A model generated the notes under the pieces. The model was given only the letters and a program-made list of their open reading frames with translations, was not told where the DNA came from and ran no database searches. A DNA stretch of 57,997 nucleotides from positions 62,001-119,997 of the IMG/VR virus record IMGVR_UViG_3300040960_001631. One strand, 5' to 3'. The position numbers were made by a program, and so were the translations under genes. Each line of letters opens with the position of its first letter. The stretch's first letter is position 1. The DNA is from an uncultured virus (IMG/VR IMGVR_UViG_3300040960_001631). Taxonomy: Duplodnaviria > Heunggongvirae > Uroviricota > Caudoviricetes. Positions 9,501 to 18,333 of the stretch are shown piece by piece.

Positions 9501-10887
9501 TTTCGAAGTTCGTTTAACAGTTCCGGACACAGATACAGTACCAGGGGGCACCAGTTATCTAACTGTTAACGGAAATGCTCAAAGTGGTACTACTGGAGGG
9601 ACAGTTCAAATATCTAATACTGACGAGAACGAATTTTCTAATTATGAAGGTATGAGACTAATTATTACTTCAGGTGCAGGTGCAGGACAATACGGGTATA
9701 TAACTGCTTATAACACTGAAACAAAATTTATTACTATTGCAAAGGAATCTGATGATTCACAAGGTTGGGACACTTATGGAACAGCTTCAATTGTTGCACC
9801 AGACACTACTAGCAAATATGTAATTGAACCTAGAGTAGTTGTAAGTTCAGGCACAGCACATCTACGAGTAGGCGTAGCATCGGGTAGATTATCTGGATTT
9901 AGGATAGTCAATCCTGGATCGGGGTATAGTGTAATTAGCCCACCAACCGTAACAATTACTGATCCAAATGTAACTTCTACAGGAACATGGGAAGTACGAG
10001 TAGGCGACGGAGTACTAGCACAGCCTACTTTTTCAGATAGGGGCTCAGGTTATATTATTGCACGAGCTACGGTAAGCGGTGTAGGATATGCTGACAGCTA
10101 TCAATCAGGAAAATATCTATATGTTTCTAATCTTACATTAGAGCCTGGACCAGGCGCAAACGTACAAATTGACGGTAATGACGAGATCTTTCGACTAGTA
10201 AAGGTCGAACAAATTACAGGTACAGCACCAAACATAAGTGCAAGATTATGGGTATCTCCAGCTGTTGAACTATTTGAGTCCCCAGAAGATAATGTAGGAA
10301 TTACTATAAGAGAAAATTACAGTCAAGTTAGATTGACAGGTCATGATTTCTTAGATATTGGACTAGGAAGTTTTGAAGATACAAATTATCCGTTTACTGT
10401 AGGAAGAGAAATATCACAAGAAAATGAAGTTTTAGAAAACGGTGGTGGAAGAGTCTTTTACACATCAACTGACCAAGATGGCAATTTTAGAGTTGGAGAA
10501 TTGTTTAAAGTCGAACAGGCTACAGGTATTGTTACACTAAATGCAGAATCATTTGATCTAGGTGGACTAACTGAATTAAGATTAGGCGGAGTTATATTAG
10601 GTGGTACAGGTGCAGTAGTAAGAGAATTTAGTACGGATTCTACGTTTAGTGCAAACTCAAATAACATTGTTCCAACACAACGAGCAATTGCTACATTTAT
10701 TCAGAGTAGGATTGGCGGTGGCGGCGCAGATGTAAACGTAAACCAAATATCCATGGGACAAATTACCATAAGTGGTGCAGATATTAGTGCAAGTGTTCCT
10801 GAAATAGAATTTACTTCGAAACCAATATTCAAAGACGGAACATTAGATCAAGCAACAATAGCGTATGCAATGGCAACAAAGCGTTAA
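6547..10887 (+). CDS. Large modular virion/fibre protein with CBM5/12-like repeats
   Basis: Many W-x4-Y-x2-(G/N)D-x-V-x-Y-x-G-x2-Y repeats typical of CBM5/12 (ChtBD3-like) modules. Core is shared with 10926..16409 (VGDELRST, MFY.RNG.GLRNCTLQGL, SPYVQNV, RVF.TSTDQDGNFRVG). Confidence 0.8.
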   Translation: MAEFKIGRLRFNWKGEWTPSTDYIKDDVVRYGGNSFVIKETHTSSTNFYDDYGSDPTDLKVTVARNTGDTADVFYINGREKTSINLRQGRTYIFNQDDASNVSGGASAMPLFISDTDDGTNNDGIRYSGRVTYYIDRVAVTEDAYISSFSGASRREVRITIDEFTPASLFYFANGTASAGAGISTASKAKLELMLEGKTFYSDWTVNTGYKEGDIVVYNANVYVCIQSHSSAATETLGLEADQQNWKKIVQSNNWIGSWTGGTRYIVNDIITYGPTVYRCTTAHTASTNFTDDSANWEIVLQESSYRNDWITSRLYRVNEVVKFGGTLWKSNAQHLSTTFQNDLSNWDVYIDGLEFDNAWSASAYYQIGDVVRYGGYSYRAVRNNVNIIPLNNTDDWQSVYESYLFSQDWSSEAAYAIGTLVRYKGYLYEAVNDSTGFEPPDPSYWKVIIPGREWTGLWVAETDYKLGDLATYGSNTYECILAHTSTAGNDRPDNDYGINDTYWKMYVEGDVNNVMTEQGDIVTYQSGNVRLGRGGEDSALRVANSGTELEWDLFGNTQDIYYVSPNGIDEIDQGTTPNSAFKTIKYALEYISNNRNVETKLDLSKDVIAYAILKKGALESFTTAPNLGAILDETNPNTGFAYGDVTGNGSINSSDAQGYLQWYNYHISGISSDAPSEGVRAACEDLYNRLSASRADIIDETFEWSGDNYDLVTTSIKEATLFVKTGLYKEILPLRVPELTAVVGDELRSTVITPASSYESTDMFYLRNGAGLRNCTLQGLNDVLSDASEYLTRRPSNDVKFVSLDPGAGPTDETVWITSRSPYVQNVSVFGTGVTGLKVDGNLHNGGNDSIVANDFTQVISDGIGMWITNQGRAELVSVFTYYCHIGYLAEAGGKIRGTNGNNSYGDYGSVSEGVAVSETPITGVVDNYYQDAQIPTVFTNGNEILHVEYSNAGVNYNTSASYTLTGSGTNAAVSSSNVVDGGIFEVRLTVPDTDTVPGGTSYLTVNGNAQSGTTGGTVQISNTDENEFSNYEGMRLIITSGAGAGQYGYITAYNTETKFITIAKESDDSQGWDTYGTASIVAPDTTSKYVIEPRVVVSSGTAHLRVGVASGRLSGFRIVNPGSGYSVISPPTVTITDPNVTSTGTWEVRVGDGVLAQPTFSDRGSGYIIARATVSGVGYADSYQSGKYLYVSNLTLEPGPGANVQIDGNDEIFRLVKVEQITGTAPNISARLWVSPAVELFESPEDNVGITIRENYSQVRLTGHDFLDIGLGSFEDTNYPFTVGREISQENEVLENGGGRVFYTSTDQDGNFRVGELFKVEQATGIVTLNAESFDLGGLTELRLGGVILGGTGAVVREFSTDSTFSANSNNIVPTQRAIATFIQSRIGGGGADVNVNQISMGQITISGADISASVPEIEFTSKPIFKDGTLDQATIAYAMATKR

Positions 10888-10891
10888 TTAG

Positions 10892-10898
10892 ATAAATA
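10892..10898 (+). promoter_or_regulatory. T4-like late promoter (ATAAATA)
   Basis: Intergenic, followed by SD ggag and ATG 10926; same 19-mer context as 2348..2366. Confidence 0.7.
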
Positions 10899-10925
10899 TT
10901 ATTAAGATATATACTGGAGTATAAA

Positions 10926-13900
10926 ATGGCAGAGTTTAAGTTAGGTAGAATTAAGTTTGTTTGGAAAAACGAATGGGATTCCAGTACCACATACTACGTT
11001 GATGATGTAGTACGCCACGGCGGCAAAACTTATATATGTGTTGAAGGACACACATCAAATACAAATTTCTACACAGATCTAACAGCAGTTAAATGGAATT
11101 TAATTGCAGACGGTCAAGAATGGAAAGGTGACTGGACTGGGTCTACGTATTACAAGGTTGGAGACATAGTAAAGTGGGGCAGTTTAGTATACATATGTAT
11201 TACAGGTCACACTTCTCAAACTTATTTAGAAGACGATCAAGCAAAATGGAATACATTTGCTACAACATCGTTTGATTGGAAAAGTGCTTGGACAGGTTCT
11301 ACCTATTACAAACTTGGTGACGTTGTAAAATACGGCGGTACCATATATAGAGCAAACTCTAGCCATACTTCACAAACACTTTTAGAAGACGACCAAGCAA
11401 GTTGGGACGTTGTAATACAAAGTTTTGAATATAAATCTACTTGGACTGCTTCTACTTATTACAAAATAAATGATATTGTAAAATATGGCGGCGGACTTTG
11501 GATTTGTACAACTGCACATACTTCAACAACAACATTGGCCGTAGACGAAGCAAATTGGGCTCAATTCGTTGAAGGGTTGGAATTTGAAGATAGCTGGGAT
11601 CAAGATACAAGATATCAACCTGGAGATATTGTAACTTTTGGCGGTTACCAGTATGTTTCTAAAACTAATAACTTAAATGCAAAACCAACCGCAAGTGCTT
11701 CAGATTGGGACTTATTTTCAACAGGATTTAATTTTGTAGGTGAGTGGGGAGACGACTCTACAAATCAAGATTACCGTGTAGGCGATGTTGTAACTGTAGG
11801 AGGATACACGTATTTGTGCATTCAAGAACACGAAGGTGCAGCACAAAAACCAGGAGATACTGCAAATTATGCAAACTGGTCAAACTATTGGGAAAGATTA
11901 AATCCAGGGGTTATTTGGAAAGGCACCTGGACAGATGCAACTGTTTATGTTCTAGGAGATGCAGTAAAATACGGTGATAATAGTTATGTTGCTGTAACAA
12001 CACACACCTCAGACGAAACTATTACTCAAAATAGACCAGATCAAGATACAGACGGGTCAGAATGGAATTTATTAGCAGCCGGTGCTTCGTCATCTACACT
12101 TACTACAGACGGCGATTTAGTATATTATGGCGGCGCAGGTCCAACAAGATTACCTATCGGAAACGAAGGAGATGTGCTTGTTATTAAAAACAACAACTTG
12201 ACATGGGATCGTTGGGGAGACTTAAACAACGTTTATTATGTTGCGCCAGACGGAGAAGATGAAATAAGCTACGGATATACTCCAGATAGACCATTTAAAA
12301 CTGTACGTTATGCTACTGAACAAATACAAAAAGGTATAGTACGTCCTAATGCTTCTCGACTAATTGAAGTTAACAAAGCATTCATAATGGAAGAAACTGC
12401 TGAATGGGTAGCAGCACAGATTGTTGCAGGCACTGGCATTTGGAGCGGATTTACAAATGACGACGAATACTTAACTAATATCGAATTTGGTAAAGTTATA
12501 GATGCAATTCTATACGATATTAATCACGGCGGCAATGAAAAGACTAGAACAAAAACTTTATCGTATTTTGAAAGCAGTGCATTAGTTGCAGACATGGCAG
12601 ACGAAAATGATCAGTTTGTTGCAGCACTAGAATACATGGAAACAGTGATAGATGCTGTTATTAGTAATCTAGCACCAGCAGCAACATATAGTTCATTTAC
12701 ACAAACAACAGATACTAATTATGTTGAAGAAACAGATGCACAATCAACTATAGAAAATTTAATTGATATTATTACAGATGCACTTACAGTAGAAACTGAT
12801 AGTAATGTACCGACAAAAATTGAACCACAAAATTCACTTATGGTCAAGACAGGTATATACAAAGAAGTTCTTCCAATAATTGTACCAAAAAATACAGCAG
12901 TAATAGGAGATGAACTACGTTCTACTAGAATCGAACCAGCAGGAGCACTAGTTAGTATTACAGATACACCATATTCGTTAGCAGGTATACTTAATTTAGA
13001 AAGTAATTTAAATGCTCTACTGTCTGGAGATAATGATGGTGATCCATTATCAGACGGTCTTAGTTCGTTCTCTGCAGAAAGTGTTGACTCTACATTAACT
13101 GTTGCGGATTCTACAGTTGCATTAGAAGCAGCAGAACTTGCTAGACAAATACACGATTACATTGACTTCGGCGTAAATGGTGCAACTGGCGACTCAACTA
13201 CACCGATAATAACAGGCAGCAATACAGAAAATACTACAATTGAATACACATATGCAGTAGAAATTATAGAAAAAAATAGAACTTACCTTGTAGAAGAAGT
13301 TATAGGTTATATTGCTGCTACATACCCTTCATATACATATAATGCAGCTAAGTGTCGTAGAGATGTAAACAGATATATAGATGCAATTAAACATGACCTA
13401 ATTTATACAGGTAACTATAAATCATTATTAGCAGCACGATACTATGTAAATGCTGTAAACAATTCTTTACAAGAAGACATGTTCTATATGAGAAATGGAA
13501 CAGGTCTACGTAATTGTACACTACAAGGTTTGACCGGCACATTAGGTAGTGCAAATTCATACGGCACAAAGCGTCCAAGTGCAGGAGCATTTACTAGTTT
13601 AGATCCAGGTTGGGGTCCAGCGCACCAAGATGCATGGATTTCAAACAAATCTCCTTATGTACAAAATGTTACAAACTTTGGTACTGCTTGTGTCGGTTTA
13701 AAAGTAGACGGAGATTTACATAATGGCGGCAACGACTCTATCGTTGCAAACGATTATACACAAATTATATCAGATGGTATAGGCTGCTGGGTAACAAACC
13801 TAGGACGTTCAGAACTTGTTTCTGTGTTCTCATACTACGGACACATTGGATACCTAGCAGAAAATGGTGGTAAGATTCGTGCTACAAACGGTAACTCATC

Positions 13901-16409
13901 TTACGGTGAATACGGTACTGTTGCAGAAGGTGTTGATGCTACAGAAACTCCAATAATTGGTACAGTGAACAACAGAGCATACGAAGCAACTATAGGACTT
14001 GTGTTTACAGATGGTGAAGAAATATTAGGCGTTGAATACGATAACGCAGGTAATGCATATACCACTGAAAATAATACTTACACGTTTACTTCAGGTACAG
14101 GTGTAGATGTAGTAGGCGACGAAATAAGAGACGGCGGCGTGTTTGAAGTTAGAATGTTAACTTCTGGAGCAGATTATAACTTTACTGAATCAAACGCACA
14201 AACAGGTAATACAACAAGTATTACATTGTCTGCTACAGACACAGATGGGTCACTAGATTATGTAGGTATGGCTGTTTATATTAAAAATGGTAAAGGTGCA
14301 GGACAATATGGTTACATTACATCATATGATTCTGGAACAAAAATTGCAAACGTAAGTGCGCCGTCTACAGGAAATCCAGGTTGGGACCATGTTGTACCAG
14401 GAACAGCAATTGAGTCTAGTTTAGATCTAACTTCATTGTACACTATTGAACCAAGAGCAACATTTAGTTCACCTACATTTACTGAGACAGTAACTACACT
14501 ACCGAGTAATACAACTTGGAAAAAACCAGCATTTTACGATGATACGTTTATGACAGTCGGAAGTACTAGTACAGCTACAGCAATAAGTACAGACGGCGGC
14601 CAAACTTGGACATCAGCAACAGCAGCAACATCAAACAGAGGCGCTGTTGCAGTAGGCGACATTGGCGGAACTACTTATTGGGTAACTGTACCATACGGAC
14701 CAGGCGGATCAAGTGATGCCGGCGAATACAGTAATGACGCCGGAACAACATGGAATACTATGACATTGCCAGCATCAACCAATTGGATTGATGTAAAATT
14801 TGGCAATGGTATATTTATGGCAATTTCAAACGGTGGCTCTGTAGCTATATCTACTAATGGAACTAGCTGGACAGCAGCTACTTCTATTACAGGAATGTCA
14901 GGTGCTAACAATATTGCAGTAGGATATGGCGCAGGGAAGTGGGTTATAGCAAGCGCAGACACAGCAGGCGATCCTATGTATTATTCAGATGATAATGGCA
15001 CTACATGGACAGTGTGTACAACACCTGCAGGCTCATACAACGATATTGCGTTTGGTAATAATATTTGGGTTATTGTAGGAAGTTCAGGAGCACTAGCATA
15101 TAGTATAGACGGTATTACATTTACAGACAATGCAAATGCTGCTGGCACAGAATCAAACTTTAGTGTAAGCTATGGACAAGGATTGTTTGTACTTTCAAGT
15201 GTAGAAACTAGTGCTTATGAAGCATACACAAGTGAAGACGGTCTAACTTGGACACAGAGAGCACTTACTGACGACGGTGTAGACTACAACTTTGCGTTTG
15301 GATCGCACTCTACACAAGGTCCAACTTGGGTAGGTGTAGCAGAAGGCGGAACTGGCGGATTATACTTCCCGAATATTAGAACAGCACAGGGTAGAGCACA
15401 ATCAACCAGTGATGGACAACTTGCTAGGGTAAGAATTACTGAACCAGGCTCGGGTTATACAAGTGCTCCGACACTAACTATTACAGATCCTGTTAATACA
15501 GAAGACGCAACTTACACAGTAAGAATTGGAGACGGTGTACTGGCCCAACCAACATTTGTTGCAAGAGGTTCAGGATATACTACTTCTTTAGGAAGTGTCG
15601 ACGGCGCCGGTTATCAAGATAAGTATCAACCAGGAAACTTTGTAAATGTTGCAGAGTTAACAGATGTTCCAGCAGCTGGTTCAAACGTTATATTTAATGA
15701 TGACGGAGTTGTTTATAAACTAGTAACTGTAACAGAATTACTAGGAGCAGGCCCGTACACAGCAAGACTTCAAATAAGTCCAGGAATACCGATAGCAGAT
15801 GCACCGGAGCATAACGAATCTTTATCTATTAGAATTAGATACTCGCAGGTACGTCTAACGGGACACGATTATCTAGATATCGGAACTGGTAACTTTACAA
15901 GTACAAACTATCCAGGAAATCCTGCTGTAGCACCTGACCAAGCAGACGAAGCTATTGAAGCAGGTGGCGGCAGAGTGTTCTTTACATCAACAGACCAAGA
16001 CGGTAACTTTAGAGTTGGTGACTTGTTTAGCGTAGAACAGGCAACAGGTAGTTCAACACTAAACGCTGATGCATTTAACTTGGCAGGCCTACAAGAGTTG
16101 CAATTAGGTTCAGTTACATTAGGAAGTTCAAACACAGCTATTAGTGAATTTAGTACAGATGGTACATTTGCAGCAGATAGCGATAATATTGTGCCAACGC
16201 AACGAGCAATCAAAACATATTTAGAAAGTCAAATTGGCGGCGGAGGCAGCTCACTAAATGTGAACAAACTCACAGCAGGTACTGTAGAAATTTTCAGTAA
16301 TGAAATCACTTCTACAGACAATGTACCAATTAACATAAATACAAAAGTAAACTTTACAAGCGGAATAGATGGAGCACCATTGGCACTCAACTATTTCTTA
16401 ACTAGATAA
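10926..16409 (+). CDS. Large modular virion/fibre protein with CBM5/12-like repeats and BNR/Asp-box beta-propeller insert
   Basis: MAEFKLGRIKFVWK start parallels 6547. Asp-box motifs STDGGQTW, SNDAGTTW, STNGTSW, SDDNGTTW, SIDGITF, SEDGLTW lie at ~14570..15250. Confidence 0.8.
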   Translation: MAEFKLGRIKFVWKNEWDSSTTYYVDDVVRHGGKTYICVEGHTSNTNFYTDLTAVKWNLIADGQEWKGDWTGSTYYKVGDIVKWGSLVYICITGHTSQTYLEDDQAKWNTFATTSFDWKSAWTGSTYYKLGDVVKYGGTIYRANSSHTSQTLLEDDQASWDVVIQSFEYKSTWTASTYYKINDIVKYGGGLWICTTAHTSTTTLAVDEANWAQFVEGLEFEDSWDQDTRYQPGDIVTFGGYQYVSKTNNLNAKPTASASDWDLFSTGFNFVGEWGDDSTNQDYRVGDVVTVGGYTYLCIQEHEGAAQKPGDTANYANWSNYWERLNPGVIWKGTWTDATVYVLGDAVKYGDNSYVAVTTHTSDETITQNRPDQDTDGSEWNLLAAGASSSTLTTDGDLVYYGGAGPTRLPIGNEGDVLVIKNNNLTWDRWGDLNNVYYVAPDGEDEISYGYTPDRPFKTVRYATEQIQKGIVRPNASRLIEVNKAFIMEETAEWVAAQIVAGTGIWSGFTNDDEYLTNIEFGKVIDAILYDINHGGNEKTRTKTLSYFESSALVADMADENDQFVAALEYMETVIDAVISNLAPAATYSSFTQTTDTNYVEETDAQSTIENLIDIITDALTVETDSNVPTKIEPQNSLMVKTGIYKEVLPIIVPKNTAVIGDELRSTRIEPAGALVSITDTPYSLAGILNLESNLNALLSGDNDGDPLSDGLSSFSAESVDSTLTVADSTVALEAAELARQIHDYIDFGVNGATGDSTTPIITGSNTENTTIEYTYAVEIIEKNRTYLVEEVIGYIAATYPSYTYNAAKCRRDVNRYIDAIKHDLIYTGNYKSLLAARYYVNAVNNSLQEDMFYMRNGTGLRNCTLQGLTGTLGSANSYGTKRPSAGAFTSLDPGWGPAHQDAWISNKSPYVQNVTNFGTACVGLKVDGDLHNGGNDSIVANDYTQIISDGIGCWVTNLGRSELVSVFSYYGHIGYLAENGGKIRATNGNSSYGEYGTVAEGVDATETPIIGTVNNRAYEATIGLVFTDGEEILGVEYDNAGNAYTTENNTYTFTSGTGVDVVGDEIRDGGVFEVRMLTSGADYNFTESNAQTGNTTSITLSATDTDGSLDYVGMAVYIKNGKGAGQYGYITSYDSGTKIANVSAPSTGNPGWDHVVPGTAIESSLDLTSLYTIEPRATFSSPTFTETVTTLPSNTTWKKPAFYDDTFMTVGSTSTATAISTDGGQTWTSATAATSNRGAVAVGDIGGTTYWVTVPYGPGGSSDAGEYSNDAGTTWNTMTLPASTNWIDVKFGNGIFMAISNGGSVAISTNGTSWTAATSITGMSGANNIAVGYGAGKWVIASADTAGDPMYYSDDNGTTWTVCTTPAGSYNDIAFGNNIWVIVGSSGALAYSIDGITFTDNANAAGTESNFSVSYGQGLFVLSSVETSAYEAYTSEDGLTWTQRALTDDGVDYNFAFGSHSTQGPTWVGVAEGGTGGLYFPNIRTAQGRAQSTSDGQLARVRITEPGSGYTSAPTLTITDPVNTEDATYTVRIGDGVLAQPTFVARGSGYTTSLGSVDGAGYQDKYQPGNFVNVAELTDVPAAGSNVIFNDDGVVYKLVTVTELLGAGPYTARLQISPGIPIADAPEHNESLSIRIRYSQVRLTGHDYLDIGTGNFTSTNYPGNPAVAPDQADEAIEAGGGRVFFTSTDQDGNFRVGDLFSVEQATGSSTLNADAFNLAGLQELQLGSVTLGSSNTAISEFSTDGTFAADSDNIVPTQRAIKTYLESQIGGGGSSLNVNKLTAGTVEIFSNEITSTDNVPININTKVNFTSGIDGAPLALNYFLTR

Positions 16410-16422
16410 CGGAGAAAATAAA

Positions 16423-16743
16423 ATGGCAACAGGCAGATTAGGAACACCAGCAGACTTATCAGCTACTACGCTTACTACTATTTACACGGTTCCTACTAGT
16501 ACTTTTGCAGTAGTTAGTATTAACCTTGTAAACAGAAATGCAACATCAATTGATGCAAGAATCGCATTAGCAGCAACTGACACACCAGACAATAGCGAAT
16601 GGATAGAATACGATGTTACTATTCCTGCTAACGCAGTTCTAGAAAGAACAGGATTAGTATTAGCAGCATCGCAAAAACTAGTAGTATATTCAAGTGCGGC
16701 TAGTGTAAGCGCAGTAGCATACGGAATAGAAACACCAGCTTAA
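16423..16743 (+). CDS. Small beta-rich virion-associated protein, paralog of 5820..6149
   Basis: 106 aa, SD ggag; similar pattern to 5820..6149. Confidence 0.7.
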   Translation: MATGRLGTPADLSATTLTTIYTVPTSTFAVVSINLVNRNATSIDARIALAATDTPDNSEWIEYDVTIPANAVLERTGLVLAASQKLVVYSSAASVSAVAYGIETPA

Positions 16744-16760
16744 TGTTTAGGAGTTAAAAT

Positions 16761-18329
16761 ATGGGACGTTTTGTACCAGTAAATTTAGATATCACAATTG
16801 CCGAAAAAACTCCTCCTAAACATCCAGGAGGTAGAGTTTACTATGACGGTAAACAGTGTTGGCAATATAAAGTAGTATACGATAAACCAGGAGCCTACAC
16901 ATGGACTGCCCCGGCAAACGCAATTTGTGCTAGAAGTGTGCTGGTCGGCGGCGGAGGCAAGCCTAAATGTACAACGTCAGGATGTTGTTCATGGGGCGGC
17001 TCAGGAGGCGCCTATTCAGAAAAATGTATGGCTTTGGGTGCAGGAACAGAAATGTGCATTGTTGTAGGCGCACAGGAGCAAGACACTACATTATCGTGTG
17101 AAGGAACTCCTGTACACACAGCAGGCGGCGCAGCAGGATGTACTCCGGGAGTTGCCTCAGGCGGCGACTGGGATTCAAATGGAGGGCAAGCAGGTTGGAC
17201 ATGTAATCATTGCGGTGGTTCTCGCAGTCACCATTGCGGTAGCTGTATATGTTTTGAACAAGGTACATGCTGTGGATATTGTGTAGTTTATGCTTACAAA
17301 CCCAGCCAGACAGGTAGTACCACCTGTTGTAACTTAAATTTAGTAGGCGGTGCCAGTGCTGGATCACCTAAAAACTTGTGCGGTGGTAGAAGCCAAACTA
17401 CATGCGGCAAGTGTCATAGTGGCGTTATCGGTGGTGGCGGTGGCATAGGTACACAATGTTGCCAGCAAGTATGGCATTATCCTTGCTGTAGTTGTATATG
17501 CACCTGTAATTGTACTGGCTGGCACTATGCTACGCAGTATCCTATGTCAGTAGCAGGAGGCGGAGGCTCTGCAGGATCTTTATCAAAGAGAGGCTGTCGT
17601 AGCTGGGAAGGCGAATGTATGGGAGGTCTTTACCAAACTGGCGCAGGAGGAAAAGGCGGCCCAGAAGAAGGCGAACCTTATGGTTTTGAAGTAGAATTTG
17701 GAATGCACAATATCTGTGCTTTCCCATACGGTGGCGGCTATGGTATGCCTGAAGTATGTATTAGAACTCCTGGTAGTCCAGCATGCAAAGTTGATTGGTG
17801 GGATATATCAGATATTTGTGGTACTGGTTCACCGGGTGCACCAGGAGAACTTATAGAACAAGGTAATTGCCAATGCAGATATGGCCTTGCAGTAGGTCAA
17901 AGACCAGATAACGCAGGCGAAGGTGCAGGCACGGGCGGCACAGGATCATACTGTTGCGACCCAGGACAGTCTGGACAAATGTGGGGAGCAAATTATCCTG
18001 TTAACTGGTGTTTAGTATGCTGCCTAGGAACCTTAGGATGGGAAGATCAAGCTTGGAAAATGATAGATCATATAGTACCAATGCACTTGACTTGTGCAGG
18101 AACACTAGGTGGATCCGGTGCCATGGGATATTGTAGATATTCATCAAAAGCAGGCAAAGGTGGCGGCGGCGGACAAGGAAAATGCCATATTCTTTGTGTG
18201 TGTCACGGCGGAAGTTATGATAACTGTAATGGATCTGGGCCTGCTTTAGCATTTCCTCCTTGTTTATTAGATCAGTTAACTAGCAATGCAGGAACAGGCA
18301 TGGCAATAATATATTATAAGGAGGCTTAA
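16761..18329 (+). CDS. Cys-rich glycine-rich-domain protein A (adhesin/fibre-tip-like)
   Basis: Glycine-rich domain frame (TWTAP....R..LVGGGG...GGSGG...G.GMAIIYY) resembling phage gp38-type glycine-rich adhesins; about 50 Cys in 522 aa by hand count; SD aggag. Confidence 0.7.
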   Translation: MGRFVPVNLDITIAEKTPPKHPGGRVYYDGKQCWQYKVVYDKPGAYTWTAPANAICARSVLVGGGGKPKCTTSGCCSWGGSGGAYSEKCMALGAGTEMCIVVGAQEQDTTLSCEGTPVHTAGGAAGCTPGVASGGDWDSNGGQAGWTCNHCGGSRSHHCGSCICFEQGTCCGYCVVYAYKPSQTGSTTCCNLNLVGGASAGSPKNLCGGRSQTTCGKCHSGVIGGGGGIGTQCCQQVWHYPCCSCICTCNCTGWHYATQYPMSVAGGGGSAGSLSKRGCRSWEGECMGGLYQTGAGGKGGPEEGEPYGFEVEFGMHNICAFPYGGGYGMPEVCIRTPGSPACKVDWWDISDICGTGSPGAPGELIEQGNCQCRYGLAVGQRPDNAGEGAGTGGTGSYCCDPGQSGQMWGANYPVNWCLVCCLGTLGWEDQAWKMIDHIVPMHLTCAGTLGGSGAMGYCRYSSKAGKGGGGGQGKCHILCVCHGGSYDNCNGSGPALAFPPCLLDQLTSNAGTGMAIIYYKEA

Positions 18330-18333
18330 TTAA

